A DNA stretch of 64,000 nucleotides. It comes from Chloroflexota bacterium (GTDB lineage Bacteria; Chloroflexota; Anaerolineae; Anaerolineales; UBA11579). Positions 27,252 to 38,958 of the stretch are shown in pieces. Where the stretch lies: positions 5,425 to 69,424 of the forward strand of contig JBDLJU010000001.1 of NCBI GenBank assembly GCA_039714215.1, written 5' to 3'. The notes under the pieces are model-generated. The model had not been told where the DNA came from and searched no databases. It saw nothing but the letters and a program-made list of their open reading frames with translations. A program made the position numbers and the translations under genes. How positions within the stretch are numbered: position 1 is the first letter of the stretch; every line of letters begins with the position of its first letter.

Positions 27252-29315
27252 TTATTCCTCAACAATCCCAATTGCAGATAAAATGGATTGAATTAATGCT
27301 AAATCAGGCGCTTGAGTCCATACTACTCTTTGAGCATCGATGAACAAGCAGTCAACCGAGGTGTGATTTTGATAACAAGTCACACCATCTGCAACTTGCA
27401 GAACAGATGCACCATCTTTGCTGTTCAGCATACTGTTGAAAGCGTTTCTGAATTCATCAGCGTCAGCCTGGGTATCCCATTCCCATTCGACCAGGATAAC
27501 ATACTCCTGTGTGGACATCCGCAAGTATAATTGGGCAGCATCCCCACCCCACCCGGCAGCAGCATTTGCTGCGGTTGCATCGGAAACTTCAGCTCCTGTA
27601 TCAGCTGGGGCAGCCATCATCAAATATGTTTTCCACTCCCCAAGAGTGCCTTTGAAGACTTCCTGCCAGGATACGCCGAGTTCATCCGCGAGATCAGAAC
27701 TTAGCACTTCAACCGGAAGTTCAGCGTTATCATATTTTTCGGGGTGGATAAGTTGTTCAGTGGAAGCAGGCAGCTCGACGTATAGAGAGTCCAGCGATTC
27801 TAAGCCAAACGAATTGTAGTAACCTTCGATTAATATTGTTCCAAATGAGTCTGGGAAAGCCAGGGTTTCCTCAATGAATGCTGGGGCCCCGTCGACTGCA
27901 GGAACAGTGAACCGATTAATTTCAGTTTGATTATATTCTTGCGTTGCGGTTTCGCCAAAATACTCCACGCCCCATTTATTGGCGAAGTAAGCAGCCTCTC
28001 CCTTGATCAAAGCCCGAAGAATTTCACAGCTTTCCTCTACCGGTGAACATATCGGATAATAACCTAGATCTGCAAACGAAATACGTTCATTCCGGTAATT
28101 TTGAACGACTGCATGAGCGTATGCGTAACGCTGATATTGGCTTGTTGGAAAATCTGTGAGGATCACCTTGCCCGAATCAGCAAACAAGATCGTACCATTT
28201 GGGTCCGCCCACAAATTTTGGATCAGCGAATCCGTTTCTGCTGGTTCAGCGGCGAGACCAAACCCAGTGTAGAAAAAACCCACCTGGCGTGTTAAATCTC
28301 GATATTCGGCTAGCCTGGCGTATTCTGAGAGAACACTTGCCAAGTCATTTTCTGAAACTACAAACCCGTTGGTTTGGGGAAGCGTTGTTTCGTCCATAAT
28401 CCCACCAAGCTGTTCCCTGATGAGATCAAATTCGCTATCTTCTTCATCTGAAGGTGAGCGGATTTCCTCAAAATCGAACAATAAATCACTGAGCATGGGA
28501 ACGCTTGGTTCCGGCTCTTGAGTTGGCTCAATCGTTGCAGGAGCGGTAGGGGTCCAGGTCGCAGCTAGATTAATTTCCGAAGTAGCATCAGCCTCAGGGG
28601 TACCATCGATCCCTTCTCCCGGTGTTCCCTCAGCCTGCGGTTGATTACCTGCAATCAAATAGCGAATTTGGGGCACCCGACCTGCGAGACCAAAACACGA
28701 AAAGATGGCGATCAGCATGATCAACAAAAAGACACCCCGTCGCATCCCAAATACTTTCTTGGTGTACTTTTCTTTCTTCTTCTCTTGTTTCTCTACCTTG
28801 GCTTGTTCCTTCTCAATCAAATCTTCTTCAACCGGTTCAGGATCTGCTGCAACAGGCTCTGGGACAATTTTTGTCACCTCTTCAGGTGGAACCTTGTCCT
28901 CTTGAGTTGGGGCAGGTTTATCCTCGCCAAGCAGCCTCTTAGAGAGCAAATCATCACTCGGATCGGTTGGCAAAGCACCCCCCGGTCGTGTTTTCGGTCT
29001 CACCGGGCGCGGCTGTTCTTGTTTTGGCGGTGGAGCCTGAGCGGCTTGATGTGCTGCACCCCCCGATTCTTGCAATTTCAGCAGCCTAGTTAGGGCTTTG
29101 TCATTATTTGGGTTGACTTTCAACGCCTGTTCCAAAGCGTAGATCTGGCGATCGAGCACCGGAACAGTAAAACTGAGCATATACCAGGCCTGGTCAACTT
29201 CTGGGTGGTCCCGGAGAAGTTCTACCAATATCTTTCTGGCGCTTTTCAGTTTCCCTTCTTTGATTAAGCCAGCGGCTTGTTTTAATTGTCCAACAGTTTC
29301 TTGATCCATACTCAT
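27252..29315 (-). CDS. Single-pass membrane protein with N-terminal TPR, Pro/Lys-rich linker and large extracytoplasmic domain; function unknown
   Basis: 687 aa. It has TPR-like helices at the N-terminus, the linker AQAPPPKQEQPRPVRPKTRPGG, a TM (VFLLIMLIAIFSCFGLAG) and a ~450-aa acidic C-terminal domain. SD AGGTGA. Confidence 0.7.
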   Translation of the reverse strand: MSMDQETVGQLKQAAGLIKEGKLKSARKILVELLRDHPEVDQAWYMLSFTVPVLDRQIYALEQALKVNPNNDKALTRLLKLQESGGAAHQAAQAPPPKQEQPRPVRPKTRPGGALPTDPSDDLLSKRLLGEDKPAPTQEDKVPPEEVTKIVPEPVAADPEPVEEDLIEKEQAKVEKQEKKKEKYTKKVFGMRRGVFLLIMLIAIFSCFGLAGRVPQIRYLIAGNQPQAEGTPGEGIDGTPEADATSEINLAATWTPTAPATIEPTQEPEPSVPMLSDLLFDFEEIRSPSDEEDSEFDLIREQLGGIMDETTLPQTNGFVVSENDLASVLSEYARLAEYRDLTRQVGFFYTGFGLAAEPAETDSLIQNLWADPNGTILFADSGKVILTDFPTSQYQRYAYAHAVVQNYRNERISFADLGYYPICSPVEESCEILRALIKGEAAYFANKWGVEYFGETATQEYNQTEINRFTVPAVDGAPAFIEETLAFPDSFGTILIEGYYNSFGLESLDSLYVELPASTEQLIHPEKYDNAELPVEVLSSDLADELGVSWQEVFKGTLGEWKTYLMMAAPADTGAEVSDATAANAAAGWGGDAAQLYLRMSTQEYVILVEWEWDTQADADEFRNAFNSMLNSKDGASVLQVADGVTCYQNHTSVDCLFIDAQRVVWTQAPDLALIQSILSAIGIVEE

Positions 29316-29382
29316 TTCACCTATTGATATCAGAGATATTAATTAATGCTTAGTTAATTTTTTTGTCTTCCCTGTTTGGGTC

Positions 29383-29610
29383 TTAATAATCATCGACCTC
29401 ATCCAAGTCTAATTCTTCAAAACCTTCATCTTCCCATTCTTCTTCAAAGTCAAAACCATCATCGTCCATGAGTGTGGTATTTACAAAATCTACAGACTCC
29501 TCAGAGTAGGTTAAACAACCATCTTCGGGATCCAACTCAATAGAAGTAGCAATACAAAATCCCTTGGACAAAAAGACGCATTCTTCATACAGGCATCTTA
29601 TCCTGGGCAT
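29383..29610 (-). CDS. Small 4-Cys protein with strongly acidic tail (hypothetical)
   Basis: Start at ATG 29610 (MPRIRCLYEECVF) with AAGGAGA upstream. 75 aa, with Cys at positions 6, 11, 19 and 32, and a C-terminal DDDGFDFEEEWEDEGFEELDLDEVDDY. Confidence 0.5.
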   Translation of the reverse strand: MPRIRCLYEECVFLSKGFCIATSIELDPEDGCLTYSEESVDFVNTTLMDDDGFDFEEEWEDEGFEELDLDEVDDY

Positions 29611-29644
29611 GATTATTCTCCTTCGTTGACAAGTTAATATCTGC

Positions 29645-30868
29645 TCAATATTTTTTACGGATATCAACAATGGAATCTCTTCTTAATAATTGTACACCAG
29701 CTGGTATCTTAATCAAGCAATTTGACTGAACAAGAGCGTACAAATTTCCTGAACTTTGGTTGCCTGTAAGCGTCACCCTGAGCTGTTTTCCTTTAACTTT
29801 CCAGGTTCCAGGGAGATAACTTTCACGTCCATCTGAGAAAAAATCAGTTTCAATGACAGCTTTTTCGATTCTTTCATTTTCTTCTCGTTTCCCCGCTAAA
29901 CGCATGATTGCAGGACAAACAAAAATTGTATACGCAACAAAAGACGAAACCGGGTTTCCAGGAAGACCAACAAATTGCGTGCCCTTGTATTTACCAAAGG
30001 CTAATGGCTTACCTGGTCGCATATTAACTTTCCAAAAATCGAGCTTACCATGCTTCTCGATTACTTTGCGGACATAATCATGTACCCCCATACTAACCCC
30101 TCCTGAGGTGATAATCAAGTCCACTTTTGCTTCGATCAGCTGCTCAAAGGCGCTGAGTATATCTAATTCGGTATCCGCGACAATCCCCAAATCTACAACC
30201 TGGCTCCCACAGCTTTTAACCAGAGCAGAAAGCATATGGGAGTTTGAATTCCATATCTGCCCTTCCGATAGCGGATTGCCCGGTTCAATTAATTCATCGC
30301 CTGAAGAAAAAATCCCCACACGCGGCTGCCTGTAAACAGATACAGTTTCTTTTCCAAGCATCGCCAGCATCCCTACATCCTGCGGGAGGAGCGCCTCACC
30401 TGCATTGAGGATCAAGGAACCTTTGTTGTAATTCTCGCCCTGGATGCGGATATTCTCCCCGGGAGAAACAGGATGTACAACCTGTGCTTCAGAGGGAAGG
30501 GCTTCTTTGGAGAAATCAAGATCGGTATCCTCAACTCTGACAACAGCATCTGCACCGGGAGGAACCATTGCACCAGTCATGATTAAAACCCCCTCACCAG
30601 AGCCCACTCGATTCCCTGGGTGATCGCCGGCGGCTATTTTGCCAACAATTTTCAAGGGAACCGGTTTGCCCTTACCAGCCGTGGATATGTCAGCAGAACG
30701 CACCGCAATCCCATCCATAGCTGAATGTGAAAAACCAGGTGAATCTTGCTCCGCATAGATGTCCGCTGACAATACTCTTCCCAGGGCATCAGAGAATTTA
30801 ATCATTTCACTCTGAACTGGAGAAAAATAACTTAACAATCTTTCTCGCGCTTCGTTTACCTGTAACAT
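29645..30868 (-). CDS. moeA: Molybdopterin molybdenumtransferase
   Basis: 407 aa with the MoeA pattern (HSAMDGIAV, IFSSGDEL, TSGGVSMG, PGNPVS). Confidence 0.9.
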   Translation of the reverse strand: MLQVNEARERLLSYFSPVQSEMIKFSDALGRVLSADIYAEQDSPGFSHSAMDGIAVRSADISTAGKGKPVPLKIVGKIAAGDHPGNRVGSGEGVLIMTGAMVPPGADAVVRVEDTDLDFSKEALPSEAQVVHPVSPGENIRIQGENYNKGSLILNAGEALLPQDVGMLAMLGKETVSVYRQPRVGIFSSGDELIEPGNPLSEGQIWNSNSHMLSALVKSCGSQVVDLGIVADTELDILSAFEQLIEAKVDLIITSGGVSMGVHDYVRKVIEKHGKLDFWKVNMRPGKPLAFGKYKGTQFVGLPGNPVSSFVAYTIFVCPAIMRLAGKREENERIEKAVIETDFFSDGRESYLPGTWKVKGKQLRVTLTGNQSSGNLYALVQSNCLIKIPAGVQLLRRDSIVDIRKKY

Positions 30869-30883
30869 ACCATCTCCATCTGG

Positions 30884-33145
30884 TTATCCCGGCTTGATCC
30901 TGCGAGCTTCCATCACGTTGGGTAAGTTTTCAAGGATGGTCAGCACCCGACTAAGTTGTGAAATATTACCTACCTCAAGGGTGAGGTCAAAGGTGGCTAA
31001 GCTCTGGTCTACATCAACTTTTACCTGCCGCATATTGATCGCTTCCTCAGCAATCACGGTAGACACATCGCGGAGCAAACCATCTCGATCATAGGCCGAA
31101 ATCCTAACATCTACTGGATAAGTGGCTTTCGGCTCACCCCAGGATACTCTGGCAAGCCGCTCACGATCCTTGGTACGGAGCACATTGGGGCAATCCGTGC
31201 GGTGAACTGTCGCCCCGCGCCCACGAGTAATATATCCGATGATCTCATCTCCGGGAGCAGGCTTACAGCAGCGTGCAATCGTGGTGAGTAAGCCCTTCAA
31301 TCCCAAAACGGTGACCGCGTCCCCTCCCAGTGTGACCGTGTCACCGAGCTCATCCTTATTGATGAATGCGAGATATTCTTCATCATCGTCTTCATCGATG
31401 GTCAGGTGGTTGATCAAGCGGTTGATTGATAAATCGCCCACGCCAATCGCAGTATACATATCTTCCGCACTGCGATATCGAAAATCCTTGGTCAATTTAT
31501 CCGTTTCAATATCGGTGATATTCAATCGGCGAAGTTCTCGCTCCAAAAGACCTTTCCCGGAAGAAATATTTTGATCGCGATCCTGACGCCGGAACCACTG
31601 TCTGACCTTGGAACGCGCCCGGCTGGTATTAATTAATTTCAAATTGGTGTTCAACCAATCCCTGCTGGGACCGCCGCGCTTGGCGGTAAGGATTTCAACC
31701 TGATCCCCAGTTTGAAGCACATACTCAAGCGAGACCAACTTACCGTTGATCTTCGCTCCCCGGCAGCGATGTCCAACTTCAGTATGCACGTGGTAGGCAA
31801 AATCAATCGGTGTAGACCCCAGGGGCAGGTCAAATATATCTCCGGCTGGGGTAAAGACGTACACTCGATCACTGAAGACATCTGTTTTCATACTGTCGAC
31901 AAACTCTCCAGCATCATCAACTTCCTGCATCCACTCCATCAGCTGGCGCAGCCAGACAATTCGTCGTTCGTAGGTTTCGTCGCGCTGGGAGCCTTCCTTA
32001 TAACGCCAGTGAGCCGCAATCCCATACTCAGCGTTTTCGTCCATTTCTGTGGTGCGGATCTGCACTTCAAGCGTGCGCCCGTCGTCATAGATCACCGCAG
32101 TGTGCAGCGATTGGTAAAAGTTGTCTTTTGGGGCGGCGATGTAATCATCAAAATCACCAGGAAGAGGTCGCCATTTGGTATGGATAATCCCTAAGACGCT
32201 GTAGCAGGTTGGAATATCTTCCACCGTTATTCTTACCGCGCGCACATCCCGGACAGAATCAAAAGCTAAGCCCTTGCTTTTCATTTTAAGATAGATCGAG
32301 TAAATATGCTTTGAGCGCCCTGAAACCTCAGCTTCAATACCACTCTGAGAGAGGATCCCTTGCAAATCAACAACGATGGCATCAACCTGCTCATCCCGCT
32401 CGGAACGCCGTTCTGCCAGATTCTCTGCAATTTCTCGGTAAGTTTCAGGGTCGGTATACCTGAAGGCAAGGTCTTCCAGTTCCCATTTAATTTGCCAGAT
32501 CCCCAACCGGCTTGCCAGGGGCGCAAAAATATCCAGAGTTTGTTGGGCAATACGCTTGCGTTTGCGTTCTGGTACATATCCCAGGGTTCGCATATTGTGC
32601 AGGCGGTCTGCTAACTTGATCAACACCACCCGGATGTCTTCCCCCATCGCTAAGAATGTTTTCCTTAAGGTCTCAGAGGCCAGATCGGTACGTCGGCTTC
32701 GTTCCCGTTCTAGCTCTTCTTCATCTGGATCCGTTAATCCGCGCCGGGCTGCAATTTCTTTCTTTTCAATTTCTCGTTTGGTTTCTTGTTGAACGATTTC
32801 AATATTTTGATCACTGCGGGAAACTCTGGGGAGGTGGGTAAGTTTCGTTACCCCGTCAACCAGGCTGGCTACTTCTGCCCCAAAATCTTTTTCAATATCC
32901 TCAAGTTCTACTTTTGTGTCTTCAACGGTATCATGGAGCAGTCCCGCAGCGACCACCAGGGGAGGAACTCGCAAATCGGCCAAGATGAATGCAACCGCCA
33001 CACAATGGTAAACATAAGCCTCTCCTGAAGATCGCTTTTGACCTTTGTGAGCCTTATCAGCAAATCGGTAGGCGCGTAATATGAAGTCATGGTCTTTCGG
33101 AGTGTAATAATCTGGCAGTGCCTCAATCAAACCTTCAATATTCAT
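30884..33145 (-). CDS. rel: Bifunctional (p)ppGpp synthetase/hydrolase
   Basis: 753 aa with an HD hydrolase domain (GLLHDTVEDT), a RelA/SpoT synthetase domain (YQSLHT, EVQIRT), a TGS domain and a C-terminal ACT domain. Confidence 0.95.
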   Translation of the reverse strand: MNIEGLIEALPDYYTPKDHDFILRAYRFADKAHKGQKRSSGEAYVYHCVAVAFILADLRVPPLVVAAGLLHDTVEDTKVELEDIEKDFGAEVASLVDGVTKLTHLPRVSRSDQNIEIVQQETKREIEKKEIAARRGLTDPDEEELERERSRRTDLASETLRKTFLAMGEDIRVVLIKLADRLHNMRTLGYVPERKRKRIAQQTLDIFAPLASRLGIWQIKWELEDLAFRYTDPETYREIAENLAERRSERDEQVDAIVVDLQGILSQSGIEAEVSGRSKHIYSIYLKMKSKGLAFDSVRDVRAVRITVEDIPTCYSVLGIIHTKWRPLPGDFDDYIAAPKDNFYQSLHTAVIYDDGRTLEVQIRTTEMDENAEYGIAAHWRYKEGSQRDETYERRIVWLRQLMEWMQEVDDAGEFVDSMKTDVFSDRVYVFTPAGDIFDLPLGSTPIDFAYHVHTEVGHRCRGAKINGKLVSLEYVLQTGDQVEILTAKRGGPSRDWLNTNLKLINTSRARSKVRQWFRRQDRDQNISSGKGLLERELRRLNITDIETDKLTKDFRYRSAEDMYTAIGVGDLSINRLINHLTIDEDDDEEYLAFINKDELGDTVTLGGDAVTVLGLKGLLTTIARCCKPAPGDEIIGYITRGRGATVHRTDCPNVLRTKDRERLARVSWGEPKATYPVDVRISAYDRDGLLRDVSTVIAEEAINMRQVKVDVDQSLATFDLTLEVGNISQLSRVLTILENLPNVMEARRIKPG

Positions 33146-33162
33146 AATATCCTTCTAGCTAA

Positions 33163-33191
33163 AGTATAATCAGCCCTTTGATTTGAGACAA
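33163..33191 (-). promoter_or_regulatory. Candidate sigma-70 promoter for rel-moeA
   Basis: Minus strand TTGTCT (33191-33186), 17 nt, TATACT (33168-33163). SD GAAGGA lies before ATG 33145. Confidence 0.45.
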
Positions 33192-33225
33192 GGAAATGAC
33201 TAATTTATTCTAAGCTCAATAATCC

Positions 33226-33254
33226 TTGACTGACACTCAGCCGTATGGTAAACT
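33226..33254 (+). promoter_or_regulatory. Sigma-70-type promoter for tRNA-Asp
   Basis: TTGACT (33226-33231), 17 nt, TAAACT (33249-33254). The tRNA starts 13 nt later. Confidence 0.6.
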
Positions 33255-33266
33255 CTCTCCGTTGTT

Positions 33267-33342
33267 GGTCCCGTGGTGTAGCTTGGTTCAACATGCCGCC
33301 CTGTCAAGGCGGAGATCGCGGGTTCAAATCCCGTCGGGACCG
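33267..33342 (+). tRNA. tRNA-Asp (GTC)
   Basis: Acceptor GGTCCCG/CGGGACC, anticodon arm CGCC-CTGTCAA-GGCG, T-arm GCGGG-TTCAAAT-CCCGT, discriminator G. CCA is not encoded. Confidence 0.93.
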
Positions 33343-33350
33343 CCTCTTTG

Positions 33351-33388
33351 AAACCTGGACTGTGAAAATCTGTCCAGGTTTTTGTTTT
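33351..33388 (+). terminator. Intrinsic terminator after tRNA-Asp
   Basis: 10-bp stem AAACCTGGAC / GTCCAGGTTT (33351-33360 with 33372-33381), followed by TTTTGTTTT. Confidence 0.8.
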
Positions 33389-33416
33389 AACTCCCCCCTG
33401 GATTATCGGATTTTTT

Positions 33417-34679
<1,263 letters not shown>

Positions 34680-34796
34680 AATTTCTCCTCAGCGAATTGA
34701 TCAACTGCTCATTCTATTATATTGTAAGATTACAAACTCCTCCGGAAGATACCAAGCTTAATAATTATAAACCTTCCTCATTTTCTGTTAGGTAAT

Positions 34797-34805
34797 TGGT
34801 ATAAT
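34797..34805 (+). promoter_or_regulatory. Extended -10 promoter element upstream of ino1
   Basis: TGgTATAAT at 34797-34805, 37 nt before ATG 34843. The SD AGGATGAGAGG lies between them. Confidence 0.45.
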
Positions 34806-34842
34806 TACCAGATAATCAAATAGGATGAGAGGTATTATCTAA

Positions 34843-35925
34843 ATGGCAAAGAAAAATAATAAAGTAAGAGTAGCGATTATCGGGGTCGGGAACTGCGCAT
34901 CTTCGTTGGTCCAGGGCGTGGAGTACTACAAAAATGCAGCCAGCGACCAAGAGATCCCCGGATTAATGCATGCAACAGTAGGAAACTACCACATTTCAGA
35001 TATTGAATTCACGGCCGCATTTGATGTGGTTGACTCAAAAGTTGGCAAAGATCTCAGTGAGGCGATTTGGGCTGAACCCAACAACACGATCAAATTTGCC
35101 GATGTCCCCAAACTGGGTGTGCCAGTGCATCGCGGGATGACTCATGATGGGATTGGAAAATACCTCTCCAAGGTTGTGACCAAAGCACCTGGTCCCACAG
35201 CCGACATGATCAAAATCCTCAAAGATACCAAAACGGATGTGGTGATCAACTACTTACCGGTTGGATCCGAGATGGCAACGAAATGGTATGTCGAACAAGC
35301 TCTCGAAGCCGGCTGTGGTTTCGTTAACTGCATCCCGGTTTTTATTGCGACCTCAGAATATTGGTCGAAACGTTTCGAAGACCGCGGTCTGCCAATCATT
35401 GGCGACGATATCAAAAGCCAGGTTGGCGCAACAATCACCCATCGCGTACTGACCAACCTTTTTCACGATCGCGGGATCCACTTAGACCATACCTACCAGC
35501 TTAATTTTGGCGGAAATATGGATTTCTACAACATGCTCGAACGCGAGCGCCTGGAATCTAAGAAAATTTCAAAGACCAATGCAGTCACCAGCCAGCTGCC
35601 GTATGATCTCGGCGAAGGTAATGTGCATGTCGGACCAAGTGACTATGTGCCCTGGTTAACTGACCGAAAATGGTGCCATATCCGCATGGAAGGCCAAGCC
35701 TTCGGAGATGTGCCATTGAACCTCGAATTAAAACTCGAAGTCTGGGACTCGCCGAATTCAGCGGGGGTGGTGATCGATGCGGTGCGCTGCATTAAAATCG
35801 CTCTGGATCGTGGGATGAGCGGCCCCCTGACAGCGCCCTCCTCCTACTTCATGAAATCTCCTCCCATTCAATACACAGATGATGTTGCCCGTCAGAAAAC
35901 AGAAGATTTTATCCAAGGAGATTAG
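34843..35925 (+). CDS. ino1: myo-Inositol-1-phosphate synthase (bacterial/archaeal type)
   Basis: 360 aa with a Rossmann N-terminus [22 protein letters not shown] and an overall MIPS-like sequence. Confidence 0.88.
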   Translation: MAKKNNKVRVAIIGVGNCASSLVQGVEYYKNAASDQEIPGLMHATVGNYHISDIEFTAAFDVVDSKVGKDLSEAIWAEPNNTIKFADVPKLGVPVHRGMTHDGIGKYLSKVVTKAPGPTADMIKILKDTKTDVVINYLPVGSEMATKWYVEQALEAGCGFVNCIPVFIATSEYWSKRFEDRGLPIIGDDIKSQVGATITHRVLTNLFHDRGIHLDHTYQLNFGGNMDFYNMLERERLESKKISKTNAVTSQLPYDLGEGNVHVGPSDYVPWLTDRKWCHIRMEGQAFGDVPLNLELKLEVWDSPNSAGVVIDAVRCIKIALDRGMSGPLTAPSSYFMKSPPIQYTDDVARQKTEDFIQGD

Positions 35926-35945
35926 ACCTATATATTTTTTATCTT

Positions 35946-35978
35946 AGGAAGCAGGAAACTTCCTGCTTCCTATTTCTT
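35946..35978 (+). terminator. Intrinsic terminator after ino1
   Basis: Near-perfect palindrome AGGAAGCAGGAA-ac-TTCCTGCTTCCT (35946-35971), followed by ATTTCTT. Confidence 0.75.
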
Positions 35979-36032
35979 GTGATATCGAGATCCATGTCCA
36001 TCGCAAGGCTACAACAGGAAAGATAAAAAACC

Positions 36033-36983
36033 ATGGCTTTAACAAGATACGCTTTCAAAAAAATTAGACTATCAGCGTCACTCCCGGAAATTTTCCCGAT
36101 GGGGATTGGTACATGGGCTTGGGGTGATAAATTTTACTGGTCACTCTGCGCCAACAAGATTGATTTTGCTAACCTCGAAGAGGCCTATAAATTCTGCCTT
36201 GAATCAGAGGTGATTTTCTTCGATACCGCAGAAGTCTATGCGCAAGGGCGTTCGGAAAAAACACTCTGCCGGTTTAGAGAACAAACTGATAAACAGATCT
36301 CAATTGCAACAAAATTCTTCCCATACCCCTGGCGGACTGGTGCATCCTTCCGGAAAGCACTGAAGAACAGTCTGAATCGTCTTGGGTCAGAATCCGTTGA
36401 CCTCTACCAGATCCACTGGCCCTCTTCCACAATCCCGATCAGTTCGTTGATGAATTTGATGGCAGACGCAGTCGAGGACGGCTTGATCAAAGCTGTGGGG
36501 GTCTCGAATTTTAATCTCGAACAAACCAAACAGGCAATGGAAACATTGGCCCAGCGAGGTATCCCATTAACCTCAAATCAAATTATCTACAACCTGATAG
36601 CACGCGAGCATGAAATCTCTGGTTTGATCGAATTTTGTAATCAAAATAATGTCACTGTGATTGCTTACAGTCCGCTCGCTCAGGGCATCCTGACGGGAAA
36701 ATTTACCCCCGAGAACCCGCCTCCTGGTGTCAGGGGCATCCTCAATCGCAAACAGGATTTAATCCGCTACCAGGGCCTGCTGGAAGCGATGAAACCCATC
36801 GCAAAGCAGCACCAGGCAACACTCGCTCAGGTCGCGATCAATTGGACGATTTGTAAGGGCACCCTCCCAATCCCTGGCGTAAAATCCCTCACACAGGCGA
36901 AAGACAACCTCGGCGCACTGGCTTTCCAGTTGAGCGAGGATGAAATCAATCTGCTCGATCAGATCAGTTTGGACATTCAATGA
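36033..36983 (+). CDS. Aldo/keto reductase family oxidoreductase
   Basis: 316 aa with AKR pattern (FFDTAEVYAQGRSE, VDLYQIHWP, VGVSNF, AYSPLAQG). Confidence 0.85.
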   Translation: MALTRYAFKKIRLSASLPEIFPMGIGTWAWGDKFYWSLCANKIDFANLEEAYKFCLESEVIFFDTAEVYAQGRSEKTLCRFREQTDKQISIATKFFPYPWRTGASFRKALKNSLNRLGSESVDLYQIHWPSSTIPISSLMNLMADAVEDGLIKAVGVSNFNLEQTKQAMETLAQRGIPLTSNQIIYNLIAREHEISGLIEFCNQNNVTVIAYSPLAQGILTGKFTPENPPPGVRGILNRKQDLIRYQGLLEAMKPIAKQHQATLAQVAINWTICKGTLPIPGVKSLTQAKDNLGALAFQLSEDEINLLDQISLDIQ

Positions 36984-37744
36984 TCGCTGATAAAACCTTC
37001 TGGTTCATTCGGCATGGTGAAAGTGAAGGGAACGCCGGGTTGCCCACACCTTCCGCCGGTGAGATTCACCTCACCAACAAAGGAATCCAGCAAGCCGAGT
37101 GTATCCCCGATCAAATCATAGATGCGCCAGATATGTTCGTGGTCTCCCCATTTTGCCGAACCAGCGAAACAGCCGCGCCAACGCTCAAAAAATTCCCGAA
37201 TGTCCCTGTCGAAACCTGGAACATTCAGGAGTACACCTACCTGCCAGAAAAGCTGCATGACAATACCACACTCAAACAACGCCGCTGGCCCGCGATCCGG
37301 TACTTCATGCGGATGGATCCGGAGTTAATTCTCGGTCCAGGGGCTGAATCATTCAATCAACTAATTGCACGAGTTGATTCCACTTTGGAAAAGTTGGTAT
37401 CTGGAACCTCTTCAACCATCATCTTGTTCAGCCATGGCTGGTTCATGAGGACACTAATATGGCGCTTGATATTCTTTCCAGGGCTTTGGGGAGGGATATC
37501 ACTGGGGGAATTAAAAGACAAAATGCCAACATCAGATTTTTTGTTTAAACTATTTTCCAGGAATCCAGATATTGGTAAGAACCAAATCAAACACTTTCTA
37601 AGATTCTCAGGGATCATCTCGGTGCCGAATGGGTCAATCCTGAAGCTGCGATGGCAAGCCAAGCAAGCTCAGTTTAAGCTTGATCAGGTAACCGTAGACC
37701 ACATCAAACCGGAACTTCGCGGCACCCATTTATCTGATCGATAA
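36980..37744 (+). CDS. Histidine phosphatase (phosphoglycerate-mutase-like) family protein
   Basis: 254 aa with the RHGE motif at the N-terminus (FIRHGESEGN) and a second His in LFSHGWF. ATGA start/stop overlap with the AKR gene. Confidence 0.8.
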   Translation: MIADKTFWFIRHGESEGNAGLPTPSAGEIHLTNKGIQQAECIPDQIIDAPDMFVVSPFCRTSETAAPTLKKFPNVPVETWNIQEYTYLPEKLHDNTTLKQRRWPAIRYFMRMDPELILGPGAESFNQLIARVDSTLEKLVSGTSSTIILFSHGWFMRTLIWRLIFFPGLWGGISLGELKDKMPTSDFLFKLFSRNPDIGKNQIKHFLRFSGIISVPNGSILKLRWQAKQAQFKLDQVTVDHIKPELRGTHLSDR

Positions 37745-37761
37745 GATTCCCCCAAACGTGA

Positions 37762-38958
37762 TCACCCAATGCGGCAGACGAGACCTTTTAAATACTGCCC
37801 CTCGGGGAAATTCAAACCAACCGGATGGTCAGCGCTTTGACTCATCCGATGCAGGATCCTTGCGTCCACGGATGCATCCAGCGCAGCCCCAGCCACAATT
37901 TTTTGGAACAGCGCTTCGTCAATTCCGCCGGAACAAGAGAAGGTAAACAGCGTTCCTCCAGGCCGAAGCAGTTTAAAGGCCAGCAAATTTATGTCCTTAT
38001 AACCTCTCGCCGCCTGATTGGCGTGTGACCGCGTTGGCGCAAATTTTGGCGGATCGAGGATGATCAGGTCAAAACTACGTCCCTGATCCCTGAACTTGCG
38101 CAATTGCTTAAACACATCTGCCTGGATGATTTCTAGTATCTTTTCATCATACGAGTTCAAAACAGAGTTTTGTTGGAGCAGCTCCAGAGCTGGAGCAGAA
38201 TTATCCACTGCGGTAACTGAATTCGCCCCACCGGCTGCAGCATTTAGAGAAAACCCTCCCGAATAGGAAAAACAATCAAGTACGTCTTTACCCGCAGCGT
38301 ATTTTTGCAAAAGCTGCCGGTTTGCGCGTTGGTCAAGATAAAAACCAGTTTTATGTCCACTGGTTATCGGCACCAAGTATTTTATTCCATACTCGCTAAT
38401 TTCAAGCGGATCAACAAATTCAGAACCCGCCAATAAACCAACCTTGTGTTCAAGTCCTTCTAAAATTCTCACTTCGGCATCAGAACGCTCATAAATTGCT
38501 TCAACCCCGGTGAGGTCGAGGAGGATTTCAGCGATAGCTTCACGCCAGACTTCTACCCCATTACTCAAAATTTGGGCAACGATCACCTTAGCGTATTGAT
38601 CAACGACCAAGCCGGGAATTCCGTCCGATTCGGCATGTACCAACCGGAGCGAATCAGAAACCTGTCCAATCCCAAGCCCCTCCCGTAGTGCAATCGATTT
38701 TTCCAGGAGCGATCGAATAAAGTCCTGATCAACGATTTGATCCTGCTGATAGCTCCAAACCCTGCCAACAATTTGTGAATTATGACTATACGCAATCTGT
38801 GCAATAAACCGGTTTTCCGCCGAAAACACCGGAATTACATCACCATCTGCGGGCTCCCCAACCACTTGATGGACTGCCCCTGAGAACACCCAGGGATGCC
38901 TGCGCATCAGTGATTTTTCTCTTCCAGGTTTTAGATTCATTCGGGCATTCTGGTTCAT
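37762..38958 (-). CDS. rlmI: 23S rRNA m5C methyltransferase RlmI-like (PUA plus SAM-MTase)
   Basis: 398 aa with an N-terminal PUA-like segment (RRHPWVFSGAV) and class I MTase motifs (VLDCFSYSGGFS, LDPPKF). ATGA overlap with the ligA stop. Confidence 0.85.
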   Translation of the reverse strand: MNQNARMNLKPGREKSLMRRHPWVFSGAVHQVVGEPADGDVIPVFSAENRFIAQIAYSHNSQIVGRVWSYQQDQIVDQDFIRSLLEKSIALREGLGIGQVSDSLRLVHAESDGIPGLVVDQYAKVIVAQILSNGVEVWREAIAEILLDLTGVEAIYERSDAEVRILEGLEHKVGLLAGSEFVDPLEISEYGIKYLVPITSGHKTGFYLDQRANRQLLQKYAAGKDVLDCFSYSGGFSLNAAAGGANSVTAVDNSAPALELLQQNSVLNSYDEKILEIIQADVFKQLRKFRDQGRSFDLIILDPPKFAPTRSHANQAARGYKDINLLAFKLLRPGGTLFTFSCSGGIDEALFQKIVAGAALDASVDARILHRMSQSADHPVGLNFPEGQYLKGLVCRIG

